From Alphaproteobacteria bacterium UBA3864 (GTDB taxonomy: Bacteria > Pseudomonadota > Alphaproteobacteria > CAAGCB01 > CAG-977), in contig DGGW01000004.1 of the NCBI GenBank assembly GCA_002393065.1, positions 16,461 through 80,460 on the forward strand: a stretch of DNA of 64,000 nt. Reading direction: 5' to 3'. A program made the translations under genes and the position numbers. Shown piece by piece: positions 16,966 to 26,684 of this stretch (position 1 is its first letter; every line of letters starts with the position of its first letter). The notes under the pieces are model-generated. The model was not told the DNA's origin. It ran no database searches and saw nothing but the letters and a program-made list of their open reading frames with translations.

Positions 16966-18205
16966 TCCAATCGGGATCGAGCTGAACGCCCATCATGTCT
17001 TCGACGGTCTGACGCCGGCGAACGACGGCGAACCGATCGCCTTTGACCAGCACTTCGGGCGCCAGAGGACGGCAGTTGTACGTCGAGCTCATCGTCGCGC
17101 CGTAAGCTCCGGCCGTGCAGAGAGCCACATAGTCTCCGGCTTCGAGTTCCGGCAACGTCCGGTCGCGGCCGAAAACGTCGCTGCTTTCGCAAACGGGGCC
17201 GACAACGTCGTACACGGTGTCCGGTTCTTTTCCGCTCAAAGCGACGACGTCGTGATAAGCGTCGTACAGCGCCGGACGGAGCAAATCGTTCATACCGGCG
17301 TCCAAAACGGCGAAGTTTTTACCGCCGGTGCGCTTCGTCCGGACGACGCGCGCCAGCAACCATCCCGCGTTCGCGACGATGAATCGTCCCGGTTCGAACA
17401 CGAACTCCCCCTGAAAAAACGAAAGTTCCTCTTTTAACAGCGCCGCGTAGGTTTTCGGCGAAAGAGCGGATTCGCCGCTCCGGTAAGGAACGCCCAATCC
17501 GCCGCCGACGTCGACGGTGTCGATCCGGACGCCGTCCGATTCCAGATCCCGCAACATGGCGGCCGTTTTTTTGAACGTTTCGCGAAAAGGCTTTTCCGAC
17601 AGCAGTTGCGACCCGACATGGATTTCGATTCCGGAAAGCGCGATGTCGTCCGAACGGGCGTACCGGCGATATAACGGACAGGCGTCCGTCCAATCGATAC
17701 CGAATTTGGCGCCTTTCGTCCCCGTCGTGATTTTCGCGTGCGTATGCGCGTCCACATCGGGATTGACGCGGATTCCGACAACGGGTCTTTGTCCCGTTTT
17801 TCGGGCGATATCGGCGATCGTTTCCAATTCTTCCGCCGATTCGGCGTTGATTTGTTTTATTCCGGCTTTAACGGCGGCGGTTATTTCCTCTTCGGTCTTG
17901 CCGACACCGGAAAAAACGATTTTTCCGGCGGGGATACCGGCGCGCAGAGCCAATTCGAGCTCCGTTCCCGAAACGATGTCGGCGCCGGCGCCCGATCGCG
18001 CCAGAACGCGTAAAACGGCCATGTTGGCGTTGCTTTTGACGGCAAAGCAGACCGTCCGTTCCGGAAAAACGGAAACGGCGTCGCAGAAGACCGCCCAGTT
18101 TTTTTCAATGGCCGATTGAGAATAAACGTAAACAGGCGTTCCCGTTTTTTCGGCGATCGAAGCGGCGGAAACGTTTTCAATGCGAAAACCGTCCTTATTT
18201 TTCAT
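16955..18205 (-). CDS. lysA: diaminopimelate decarboxylase
   Basis: PLP-dependent fold III decarboxylase motifs (FAVKSN, GGGLGVPY, CESSD). Start taken at MKNKDGF (18205); alternative upstream ATG at 18229. Confidence 0.85.
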   Translation of the reverse strand: MKNKDGFRIENVSAASIAEKTGTPVYVYSQSAIEKNWAVFCDAVSVFPERTVCFAVKSNANMAVLRVLARSGAGADIVSGTELELALRAGIPAGKIVFSGVGKTEEEITAAVKAGIKQINAESAEELETIADIARKTGQRPVVGIRVNPDVDAHTHAKITTGTKGAKFGIDWTDACPLYRRYARSDDIALSGIEIHVGSQLLSEKPFRETFKKTAAMLRDLESDGVRIDTVDVGGGLGVPYRSGESALSPKTYAALLKEELSFFQGEFVFEPGRFIVANAGWLLARVVRTKRTGGKNFAVLDAGMNDLLRPALYDAYHDVVALSGKEPDTVYDVVGPVCESSDVFGRDRTLPELEAGDYVALCTAGAYGATMSSTYNCRPLAPEVLVKGDRFAVVRRRQTVEDMMGVQLDPDWISG

Positions 18206-18425
18206 CGGCTTCCCTTTCCAGCTTTTCAAAAATACCTATCACGTTTTTCGGCGCATCGTCTTCTTCCGTTTCGTCGGAGATCGCCTTGTTCTTTTGAACA
18301 GGGTCGTGCGGCGCCGGATACGTTTGCACGGTAAAACGCGATCCCGGCGGAAAATCGAGCCGCCCGCGCTTGCCGCACGCCGTCAAAGCCAAAAAAAAGC
18401 CTAACGCCAATATCGTTTTTTTCAT
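18195..18425 (-). CDS. small lipoprotein immediately upstream of lysA (LptM-like position)
   Basis: MKKTILALGFFLALTACGK lipoprotein signal, about 76 aa, acidic C-terminus. RBS GAGGTGG. Confidence 0.55.
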   Translation of the reverse strand: MKKTILALGFFLALTACGKRGRLDFPPGSRFTVQTYPAPHDPVQKNKAISDETEEDDAPKNVIGIFEKLEREADEK

Positions 18426-18495
18426 TTCCACCTCTTTTTTGCGGATGGTATCAGCTTTTAAAAACTTTTTCACTCTTTTTGAGTATGCTGTCCTT

Positions 18496-19143
18496 ATGAA
18501 AAAAGCTTTCTTTTTGATTTTTTTGCTGTTCGCGTCGCAGACAAAAGCGCAGGTCACGTATTCCGGCGCGAACGTTCCGCCCGTTTTTCCGATGTCTTAT
18601 CCGAAAGAAACGCCGTCCGCGACGTTTCAAAACGAATTCGGACAACCGGTCGGTATCAAAAGCTTTCGCGGAAAAGTCCTGATCGTGAACATCTGGTCGA
18701 CGAACTGCACGCAATGTTTGCTGGAATTGCCGATGCTCGACCGGCTTCAGCGCGAAATGGGCGGTCCGGATTTTCAGGTCATCGCGATTTCTTCCGGTAT
18801 CGAGGCCGTTCCCGTCATCCGCCGACTGTTCGACGCGCGCCGTCTGACGGATCTGCGCATCTATACCGACAGCATGGCCTCTTATTCCAAAGCGGCCGGC
18901 GTCAAAGGTCTGCCGACGACGTTCCTGATTGACGCGAGCGGGTACGAACGCGGCCGGATCCGCGGCATATCGGATTGGACGAGCCCGAAAATCAAAGCGC
19001 AGATACGCCAGCTGATCAACGAAAGCGCCGCAAACAAAGCCGCAGCGGAAAAAGCGCAAAAACTGCAAAAGACTCCGTCGCCCGCTTCGGAACCGCCCGC
19101 CAAAACGGGATCGTCCGATTTCAACAGCTGGTTTAAAAAATAG
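18496..19143 (+). CDS. TlpA/ResA-like periplasmic thiol:disulfide oxidoreductase (thioredoxin fold)
   Basis: Signal peptide MKKAFFLIFLLFASQTKA and CxxC motif WSTNCTQC. The longer upstream ORF start is unlikely. Confidence 0.75.
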   Translation: MKKAFFLIFLLFASQTKAQVTYSGANVPPVFPMSYPKETPSATFQNEFGQPVGIKSFRGKVLIVNIWSTNCTQCLLELPMLDRLQREMGGPDFQVIAISSGIEAVPVIRRLFDARRLTDLRIYTDSMASYSKAAGVKGLPTTFLIDASGYERGRIRGISDWTSPKIKAQIRQLINESAANKAAAEKAQKLQKTPSPASEPPAKTGSSDFNSWFKK

Positions 19144-19230
19144 ATATTTCCTTGCTTTAAAGAAAAAAGCTTGATTCTCGTGTTAAAAGGTTTAAAAAAA
19201 AGCTTTCCGTAATCAGATGGGGAGTCGGTT

Positions 19231-19716
19231 ATGTCCGAACAACGCTATTTAACGATTTCATGGGAAAGATTCCATGAGGACGCGCGCGCTTTGGCGGCGA
19301 AATTGATTCATCGCAAAGATTTGAAAAAAATCGTTTGCGTTACGCGCGGAGGGCTTTTGCCCGCCGGTATTCTGGCGCGCGAGCTTGAAATCCGATGGGT
19401 CGATACGATCTGCGTTGTCGGTTATGACGAAGAAACCCGCGGCAGCGAGGCTTCGTTGCTGAAAGTTCCCGAAACGGACGGCGAAGGCGTTCTGGTCGTC
19501 GACGATCTGGTCGATTCGGGACGGACGGGACGGATCATCCGCAAAATCATGCCGAAAGCGTACTTCGTTACGCTGTACGCCAAACCGAAAGGTCAGGAAG
19601 TCGTTGACGAATACGTCGTCGCCGTCAATCAAAACGAATGGGTCCTCTTCCCGTGGGAAGCCGAGATGTCGCCGGCAACGCCCCTGATAACACGGGAAAG
19701 CGAATCGAAAAAATAA
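19231..19716 (+). CDS. gpt: xanthine-guanine phosphoribosyltransferase
   Basis: 161 aa. PRPP-binding motif VLVVDDLVDSGRT; N-terminus MSEQRYLTISWERF is typical of Gpt. Confidence 0.85.
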   Translation: MSEQRYLTISWERFHEDARALAAKLIHRKDLKKIVCVTRGGLLPAGILARELEIRWVDTICVVGYDEETRGSEASLLKVPETDGEGVLVVDDLVDSGRTGRIIRKIMPKAYFVTLYAKPKGQEVVDEYVVAVNQNEWVLFPWEAEMSPATPLITRESESKK

Positions 19717-19769
19717 TTTTTAAAAAGCTCCGCTTTCCGTCGGAGCTTTTTCTTACAGGAGTTTCATAT

Positions 19770-20669
19770 ATGGCAAAAATCACTTGGAAAGCCGGAACGA
19801 TGCTTTATCCCCTGCCCGCGGTCATGGTCACGAGCGGAACGATGGAAAAAGCCAATATTTTTACGGCAGCGTGGACGGGAATCGTCAATTCCGAACCCGC
19901 GATGACTTACGTTTCGATTCGTCCCGAACGCTTTTCCCATGCTTTGATTTCGAAAAGCGGAGAATTCGTCATCAACCTGACGAACGAAAAACTGTTGCAC
20001 GCCGCCGATTTCTGCGGCGTCCGTTCGGGAAAAGACACGGATAAATTCGAACAGACCGGTCTGACCAAAGCGCCGTGCGCGTTCGTTAAAGCGCCGCAAA
20101 TCGAAGAAAGCCCGATCAGTCTTGAATGTCGGGTCGTCGAAGTCAAACGGTTGGGGTCGCACGACCTTTTTCTGGCTGAAATCCTTGCCGTCAACGTCGA
20201 CGATTCCCTATTGGACGAAACGGGACGGCTCGCGTTGGAAAAAAGCGATCTGGTCGCTTTCTGCCACGGCGAATACAGGAAAATCGGCGCAAAACTCGGT
20301 AAATTCGGCTTTTCCGTCGAAAAAAAGAAAAGCAGGAAACAACGGATTCGCGAAATCAAGACGGAACGCAAAGCGCGTAAGGCCGCCCGACGGAACGACG
20401 CCAAAAAAATCGAAAAGCCGGTCGAAACGAAGAAACGGAAACAAGCCTTTGACAAACCCGTTCGCCGTTCAGCTGAAAACAGGGCTGAAAAAGACTCTTT
20501 CAACACGGAAAGAAAACCGCGCAACGATAAAAAGTTTGACGGCAAACAGACAGGATACAAAAAATCCCGTCCCGAAAAGGAAAACGAACAAACAGGTCGA
20601 AAAAGTTTCGATAAGCCTTTAAAAAATAAAAGCTTTAAGCATAAGCCTAGTGCGCGTCGGCCCAGCTGA
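19770..20669 (+). CDS. flavin reductase-like FMN-binding domain protein with a ~130-aa Lys/Arg-rich C-terminal tail
   Basis: ATG at 19770 after AGGAG. N-terminal ~170 aa flavin-reductase-like (LYPLPAVMVTSG..., AAWTGIVNSEP). The tail is KKKSRKQRIREIKTERKARKAARRNDAKK... The 3' end overlaps polA convergently by 23 nt. Confidence 0.7.
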   Translation: MAKITWKAGTMLYPLPAVMVTSGTMEKANIFTAAWTGIVNSEPAMTYVSIRPERFSHALISKSGEFVINLTNEKLLHAADFCGVRSGKDTDKFEQTGLTKAPCAFVKAPQIEESPISLECRVVEVKRLGSHDLFLAEILAVNVDDSLLDETGRLALEKSDLVAFCHGEYRKIGAKLGKFGFSVEKKKSRKQRIREIKTERKARKAARRNDAKKIEKPVETKKRKQAFDKPVRRSAENRAEKDSFNTERKPRNDKKFDGKQTGYKKSRPEKENEQTGRKSFDKPLKNKSFKHKPSARRPS

Positions 20670-23400
20670 ACGCGATTCCGGCTTCGGCAATCAGAGGTAC
20701 GGTCAGCGAAACGGCATTTTCCATGACGTTCCTGACCGTTTCCTTTAAGCGTTCCGCTTCGTTTTCGGGCGTTTCAAAGATCAATTCGTCATGCACCTGC
20801 AAAATCATGACGGCGTTCAATCCGGCTTCCGTCAGGGCGGCCGGCATGCGTACCATCGCTTTTTTCAGGATATCGGCGGCGCCGCCCTGAATCGGCGCGT
20901 TGATGGCCGAACGTTCGGCGTATTGCCGAATCGCCGCGTTTTTGTCGTTGATCGTCGGAATCGGGCAACGCCGTCCGAACGGCGTTTCGACATATCCGTG
21001 TCGACGGACGAAAGCGACCGTTCGTTCCATATACGCTTTGATTTCAGGATATTTTTCAAAATAGGCGTCGATGTAAGCTTGCGCTTCCCGTCGTTCGACA
21101 CCGATTTGTCGGGCCAGTCCGAATGCGGAGATCCCGTAAATAATGCCGAAATTGATCGCTTTGGCGCGGCGGCGGATCATCGGGTCCATCCCTTCGACAG
21201 GAACGCCGAACACATGGGACGCCGTCGCCGCGTGAATGTCGATTCCCCGCGCGAAAGCTTCCTTCAAATGCCTGACGTCGGCGACGTGCGCCATCAGCCT
21301 TAATTCGATTTGCGAATAATCGGCGGACAACAGCAATTTTCCCTTTTCCGCCGTAAAAGCGCGACGAATCATCCGGCCTTCTTCGGAACGGACGGGAATG
21401 TTCTGCAAATTCGGATCGGCGGACGACAACCGTCCCGTCAGCGTCCCCGTTTGCATAAACGTCGTGTGGACACGGCCCGTCGCCGGATTGATTTGATTTT
21501 GCAACGCGTCCGTATAAGTCGATTTCAGTTTGGCGAATTGGCGATAGGTCAGAATGTCGTCGGCGATTTGAACGCCTTGTTCCGCCAGCGTTTCCAAGAC
21601 CTTGACATCGGTCGAAAACGTTCCCGTTTTGCTTTTTTTCCCTCCGGAAAGGTTCATTTTTTCAAACAATATCCTACCGATCTGCGACGGAGAATTGACG
21701 TTGAAATGTTCGCCCGCCTCTTCGCATATCCGGTTTTCGACTTCCGCCATTTTGGAACCGAATTCCGCGCTCATAGAACTCAACGCCGCGACATCGACTT
21801 TGATGCCGGCGCGTTCCATCCGATACAGGACGGAAACGGCGGGGCGATCGAGTTTTTCATACAACTCCGTTCGTTTTTCCTCAAGCAAACGGCCGCGCAA
21901 CAAAGGATACAGCCGGAAAACAGCTTCGACGCGCCGTCCGATGACATCCGCGACGGTTTCATCGGACAAATCCTTCGGCGATTTGAGCTTTTCCTGTTTA
22001 AGAACGGTCTGAAATTCGGGCAGAACCGTTGTCAAATACCGTTCCGCAACATTGTTTTCATCCGACGGGAACGCCGTTCCGTCCAAATCATAAGCCATGA
22101 CGCGCGTATCCGTTACCGGTTCCATCGAAACGGGACCGACGTTCGACAAGGCGTGCCAAACGCTTTTGATATCGTGTCCGATTTTCAATACGCCGGCGTT
22201 TTCGAAAACGGGCCGTAACAACGATAAAACTTCGGCGGCGGAAAGCTTTTCCTCCGACGGGGCGGGAGCGTCAAAGAGGGATATCTGCTTTTTTTCCGAT
22301 CGTCCGAACGGAACGTAAAAAGCTTCCCCTGCGGCGAAAGACAACGCCAATCCGACGGGGATTCTCTTCGGCGGCGGCAAATCGTCTTCGGGAACGGATA
22401 GCGCCAGCAATCCCGATTCGACGGCTTTTTCCGCTACGTTTGCCAAGTTTTCTTTCGTGCGGACGATCGTCGTTTTAACGCTGTGAACGGCACTTTCGAC
22501 CGGCCGGTCTTCAACCTGTTTTTCGTTAGCGGACAAAAAGCTTTTTATTTTCGGAACCAGACTCCTGAAACCCATTTCCGTCATAAAGTCCGTCAAAACG
22601 GTTTCATCGGGCGATTTAACGGCGAAATCTTCCAACTTTTTCAAAACGGGAGCATGGTCGTTCAGCGTTACGAGCCGCTTTGAAATCCGCGCCAGTTCGT
22701 CGTTGTCGATCAACGCCTGCCGGCGTTTTTCCTGTTTGATGTCGCTCGCGTGAGCCAACAGGTTTTCCAACGTACCGTATTCGGTGATCAGTTGCGCCGC
22801 CGTTTTCGGCCCGATTCCGGGAACTCCGGGAACGTTATCCACGCTGTCGCCCGTCAAAGATTGGACTTCAACGACTTTATCGGGCGATACGCCGAACTTT
22901 TCAAAGACCTGCTCTTCGCCGACGACGCGGTTTTTCATCGGATCGAATACGACCGTTCCGCCGCCGACCAGCTGCATCAGGTCTTTGTCGGCGGACACGA
23001 CGGTAACAGCCGCTCCCGCTTCGCGCGCCAGACGCGCGTATGTCGCCAGCAAATCGTCGGCTTCGTATCCGTTTTCCTCCGTTTGCGCGATGTTGAAAGC
23101 GTCGACGGCCCGACGAAGCAACGGAAACTGCGGAATCAGATCCTCGGGCGTTTCGCGGCGCGTCGCTTTATAGGCGGGGTAAATATCCTGTCTGAACGTT
23201 TTGCGCGCAGCGTCGAAAACGACGGCCAGATAATCCGCCGGCATTTCCCGCAAAAGCTTCATCATCATCGCGCAAAAACCGTACACGGCGTTGACGGGCG
23301 TTCCGTCGGACGGACGCGTCATCGGCGGCAGAGCGTAAAAAGCCCGAAAAATATAACCGGAACCGTCGATCAGAACGACTTTCTTTCCCGTCAGCTTCAT
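20647..23400 (-). CDS. polA: DNA polymerase I
   Basis: 5'-3' exonuclease N-terminus (LIDGSGYIFRAFYA), 3'-5' exonuclease and polymerase motifs (RRAAKAINFGIIYG, QVHDEL). Start taken at MKLTGKK (23400); the ORF extends to 23442. Confidence 0.9.
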   Translation of the reverse strand: MKLTGKKVVLIDGSGYIFRAFYALPPMTRPSDGTPVNAVYGFCAMMMKLLREMPADYLAVVFDAARKTFRQDIYPAYKATRRETPEDLIPQFPLLRRAVDAFNIAQTEENGYEADDLLATYARLAREAGAAVTVVSADKDLMQLVGGGTVVFDPMKNRVVGEEQVFEKFGVSPDKVVEVQSLTGDSVDNVPGVPGIGPKTAAQLITEYGTLENLLAHASDIKQEKRRQALIDNDELARISKRLVTLNDHAPVLKKLEDFAVKSPDETVLTDFMTEMGFRSLVPKIKSFLSANEKQVEDRPVESAVHSVKTTIVRTKENLANVAEKAVESGLLALSVPEDDLPPPKRIPVGLALSFAAGEAFYVPFGRSEKKQISLFDAPAPSEEKLSAAEVLSLLRPVFENAGVLKIGHDIKSVWHALSNVGPVSMEPVTDTRVMAYDLDGTAFPSDENNVAERYLTTVLPEFQTVLKQEKLKSPKDLSDETVADVIGRRVEAVFRLYPLLRGRLLEEKRTELYEKLDRPAVSVLYRMERAGIKVDVAALSSMSAEFGSKMAEVENRICEEAGEHFNVNSPSQIGRILFEKMNLSGGKKSKTGTFSTDVKVLETLAEQGVQIADDILTYRQFAKLKSTYTDALQNQINPATGRVHTTFMQTGTLTGRLSSADPNLQNIPVRSEEGRMIRRAFTAEKGKLLLSADYSQIELRLMAHVADVRHLKEAFARGIDIHAATASHVFGVPVEGMDPMIRRRAKAINFGIIYGISAFGLARQIGVERREAQAYIDAYFEKYPEIKAYMERTVAFVRRHGYVETPFGRRCPIPTINDKNAAIRQYAERSAINAPIQGGAADILKKAMVRMPAALTEAGLNAVMILQVHDELIFETPENEAERLKETVRNVMENAVSLTVPLIAEAGIAFSWADAH

Positions 23401-23454
23401 CGTTTTGCCTTTCGTAAAAGAAAAGGCTTGACCGGACATCAAGCCTTTTCGGTT

Positions 23455-24231
23455 TTATTTCGCTTCCGTTTTGGGGGCTTCCGCTTTTTTCTTCAATCGC
23501 AGGAAAATAATCGAACAAACGGGAACGCTTGCCAGATAAAACAGGAACGTCAGGCTGAAAATCAACCAAGGCCTGTACAGCATGGCGCCGAGGTAAAATC
23601 CCGCCAACGCCATCACCAACACGACGAAATGAACAGGAATGCGGATATGCTTCAATGAAATCGTCGGCAATCTGGACGCCATCAGCAACGCACTGATCAG
23701 CAGGAAGCTTTCGACGACGGGACCGCTCTTGAACGCCTCGATCCCCGTTTGGAAATAAAGCATGGCGGGTGTCATCGCGACGAAAGCGCCGCCCGGCGCC
23801 GGCAATCCGACAAAGAAATGCGTCCAGTAGGACGGTTGCGGTTCTTCGTCCAGCATAACGTTGAAACGCGCCAAACGCAACGCGCAACAGACGGGAACGA
23901 ACAAAGCGAAGACCCATCCGGCGGAATCGGCGGACGTCAAAGCCCAGCGATACATCAGCACTCCGGGCGCGACGCCAAAGCAAATGACGTCGGACAGGGA
24001 ATCCAGTTCCGCGCCGAAATCCGACGATCCGTTCAGCATACGGGCGACGCGGCCGTCCAAAGCGTCGAAAAACGCGGCGGCGACGATGGCCAAAACGGCC
24101 ATCTGGAAATTGCCTTCCATTCCGAAACGCAGAGAGGTAACGCCCGAACAAAGCGCCATCATGGTCACCATGTTGGGCGCGATACGGTTCAACGGCAAGT
24201 CTTTGATACGTTTTCCGGTTGTTTTAAGCAT
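23455..24231 (-). CDS. pssA: CDP-diacylglycerol--serine O-phosphatidyltransferase (CDP-alcohol phosphatidyltransferase family)
   Basis: Motif DALDGRVAR...G...DSLSD; multi-TM. Confidence 0.85.
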   Translation of the reverse strand: MLKTTGKRIKDLPLNRIAPNMVTMMALCSGVTSLRFGMEGNFQMAVLAIVAAAFFDALDGRVARMLNGSSDFGAELDSLSDVICFGVAPGVLMYRWALTSADSAGWVFALFVPVCCALRLARFNVMLDEEPQPSYWTHFFVGLPAPGGAFVAMTPAMLYFQTGIEAFKSGPVVESFLLISALLMASRLPTISLKHIRIPVHFVVLVMALAGFYLGAMLYRPWLIFSLTFLFYLASVPVCSIIFLRLKKKAEAPKTEAK

Positions 24232-24932
24232 CAGAAAATTTCCCCTTTACGCGGTTCGCCTTTACCGGCCATATCGGCCAAAATCGTTTCGCCGGCAACG
24301 GCCGTTTGTCCTTCAATGACCATGGGCGCGACGCCTTTGGGCAAATAAACGTCCAGCCGCGATCCGAAACGGATCAGACCGAAACGCTGTCCGGCCTGAA
24401 CCTCGTCGCCTTCTTTAACAAAAGTAACGATACGGCGCGCGATCAGTCCCGCGATTTGAACGAAAGCGATTTTTTTACCGTCTTTCGTTTCAAGGGCCAA
24501 CTCCTGCCGTTCGTTGTTTTCGCTTTCCTTATCCAGCGAAACATCGACGAAGGCGCCTGGGCGATAGTACATTTTCGTGATTTTTCCGCTCATCGGAGCA
24601 CGGTTGACGTGAACGCTGAACACGCTCATGAAAATGCTGATACGGGTCATCGGCTCTTCGCCGATTTCAAGTTCTTTCGGCGGAACGACGTTCGCGATTT
24701 TGCTGACGATGCCGTCCGCAGGGCTTAACACGAGCGTTTCACCGGCGGGAACGGCGCGCGGCGGATCGCGGAAAAAGAAGTAGCACCATACCGTTACGAT
24801 CAGGCATAAAAATCCAAAAGGCTTGCTCAAAGTGAACATCAGCAACGTAACAGCGGCAAAAACGGCGATAAACCGCCATCCTTCGGGATGAACGGGCGGC
24901 ATGACGAAACGACGCCAGGACAAATCAACCAT
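24231..24932 (-). CDS. psd: phosphatidylserine decarboxylase (short-form proenzyme)
   Basis: 233 aa with the FGSRLD cleavage/pyruvoyl-site motif. Immediately upstream of pssA (TGATG junction), the psd-pssA operon typical of alphaproteobacteria. Confidence 0.85.
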   Translation of the reverse strand: MVDLSWRRFVMPPVHPEGWRFIAVFAAVTLLMFTLSKPFGFLCLIVTVWCYFFFRDPPRAVPAGETLVLSPADGIVSKIANVVPPKELEIGEEPMTRISIFMSVFSVHVNRAPMSGKITKMYYRPGAFVDVSLDKESENNERQELALETKDGKKIAFVQIAGLIARRIVTFVKEGDEVQAGQRFGLIRFGSRLDVYLPKGVAPMVIEGQTAVAGETILADMAGKGEPRKGEIF

Positions 24933-25000
24933 AGTGAAAGCTCCTCGTTATGATAACAAGCTTTTCTTTTTTATCCGAAAAGCCTTTTTTTGTAAACGGC

Positions 25001-25957
25001 TTATTTTGCGGCCTTTGCGGGAACGACAAAAACCTGATTCGGATAGATCAAATCAGGATTCTTGATCTGTTTTTTGTTCGCTTTGTAAATCGTAACATAG
25101 GCTTGGCCGTCGCCGTACAGGTACTTGGCGATTTTCCACAAACAATCGCCTTTGACGACGCGAATCCGCTTCGTTTTATCTATGTCCGCGCCTTCTTCGA
25201 TTTCGAACGGGACTTCCACGCGGCCGGAAACGCGGCCGGAAGCATCCGTTTTATCGGCGCGGATCATGTATTTGACGCCTTTTTTCATCTTACGCGTCGC
25301 TTTGACTTTCCAATCGCCGGCTTTGTCCGCAAACATATTGCCGACAAAATCGTTGTTGATATAAACGTTGATTTTTCCCGTTGAAAGCACTTTTCCGCTG
25401 ACAGTCAACAGGCCTTTGGCGTAATTGACCGATTGAATGTCGATATCCGTTTCGACGATTTCTTCTTCTTTGACCTGTAAAACGGTGACGTTTTCGGCGT
25501 CCGGCGAAAGCTTGACGGCCATCGTGTCGGCGGGAAGCGCCCGTTCCGCGACGGAAAGAAGGACCGTTTCGGCGCAATCCTTCGTTTTGCAGGCGGACGT
25601 CTGCAACCACAACTCATGCAATCCGGGATCCAGCGGGTCGGCGGGGATATAGACCCATTCGCCGTCGTCGTTGACAATGATTCGCGACAAAAGGTCGTCG
25701 CCGTCCATCAGGTTGATGCTGTCGGCCGGTTCGCCCCGTCCGGCCGCGACCAGAACGCCGGTATCGTCGACTCTGACGACGTCAAACGACGCGGCGGCGA
25801 CGGCCGGTTCATCGGCGACCGCTTCGGCCGTTTGCGAAATCGCCGGTTCGGCGTTGGCGGGGACAGGGACGTTTTTACGGTTTTTAACTGTGAAAAACAC
25901 GGCGATTCCGGCAATTAATATTGCGGCAATCGAAACGGAAAGGACCTTTTTGTTCAT
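25001..25957 (-). CDS. LysM peptidoglycan-binding domain protein with N-terminal TM anchor
   Basis: C-terminal LysM (VKGDCLWKIAKYLYGDGQAYVTIYKANKKQIKNPDLIYPNQVFVVP); TM helix near the N-terminus. Confidence 0.7.
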   Translation of the reverse strand: MNKKVLSVSIAAILIAGIAVFFTVKNRKNVPVPANAEPAISQTAEAVADEPAVAAASFDVVRVDDTGVLVAAGRGEPADSINLMDGDDLLSRIIVNDDGEWVYIPADPLDPGLHELWLQTSACKTKDCAETVLLSVAERALPADTMAVKLSPDAENVTVLQVKEEEIVETDIDIQSVNYAKGLLTVSGKVLSTGKINVYINNDFVGNMFADKAGDWKVKATRKMKKGVKYMIRADKTDASGRVSGRVEVPFEIEEGADIDKTKRIRVVKGDCLWKIAKYLYGDGQAYVTIYKANKKQIKNPDLIYPNQVFVVPAKAAK

Positions 25958-25995
25958 AGGCGACACCTAAAAAAATCAAAAATCAAAAAAACTTC

Positions 25996-26024
25996 TTGCA
26001 GTTTTTTTAATATAGCACTATAAG
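25996..26024 (+). promoter_or_regulatory. candidate promoter for tRNA-Pro (TTGCAG, 17-nt spacer, TATAAG)
   Basis: Hexamers positioned about 15 nt upstream of the tRNA 5' end. Confidence 0.4.
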
Positions 26025-26038
26025 TTCGCTTATGCAAT

Positions 26039-26115
26039 CGGAGTGTAGCTCAGCTTGGTAGAGCACTACGTTCGGGACGTAGGGGTCGGAGGTTCAAATC
26101 CTCTCACTCCGACCA
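26039..26115 (+). tRNA. tRNA-Pro (anticodon CGG)
   Basis: CGGAGTGTAGCTCAGCTTGGTAGAGCACTACGTTCGGGACGTAGGGGTCGGAGGTTCAAATCCTCTCACTCCGACCA folds as a cloverleaf. Anticodon loop TTCGGGA; CCA is encoded. Confidence 0.9.
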
Positions 26116-26122
26116 ATATAAG

Positions 26123-26156
26123 CCCTTGAAAACGATGTGTTTTCAAGGGTTTTTCT
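26123..26156 (+). terminator. rho-independent terminator (11-bp stem CCCTTGAAAAC / GTTTTCAAGGG followed by TTTTTC)
   Basis: Perfect hairpin plus T-tract 8 nt after the tRNA-Pro 3' end. Confidence 0.8.
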
Positions 26157-26611
26157 TTTGCCGGAAAACAGCTCTGAAACAGCCACAAGGTAACAAATAG
26201 GTAACACACAACGGGGGCTTTTACAGGCTCAAAAAAAATTTCACATCGAATCGGTAAAAGCGGAAAGTTTTCGCCGCCGTTTTATGGCTGTGAAAGCGAG
26301 ACGGCGGAACGGAATAATATTGTCTAGTTGAGTGTGGATTTTTTGTCCGGCTTTGACCAATTTGACCGAGTCCTGATAGCGCAGGAAAAATCCTTCCGTC
26401 AGCCCGAAACAACGCATCAACCGCAAATCCGTATCAGCAGTAATTCCTCTTGATACATATAATATATATCCTTTATTTTACAAGCGCTTATAAGAGTTTG
26501 AATGTCCCTATGTTAAAATTGGTCCTTTTTTTGAATTTACGAAATTTTGAAGCGAAAAATCCTTTAAAATCAATATCCGTTCCTCAGGAGCCTACCAAGG
26601 TAAAATGAGGT

Positions 26612-26638
26612 AAAAAAGGCTTTTTTCGTAAAAAAGCC
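26612..26638 (-). terminator. terminator hairpin GGCTTTTTT-CGT-AAAAAAGCC (T-tract on the minus strand) downstream of ogt
   Basis: 9-bp stem and 3-nt loop, about 45 nt after the ogt stop. Confidence 0.5.
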
Positions 26639-26684
26639 ATGTGGTTAGCCTTGGCGTATTGAAATCTTTATTTTATTATAAAAT

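Noticed and set aside
20791-23658. Three large plus-strand ORFs (170, 302 and 302 aa) inside polA
   Set aside because: Antisense to polA, whose frame shows all three Pol I domains; the translations are R/G/D-rich.
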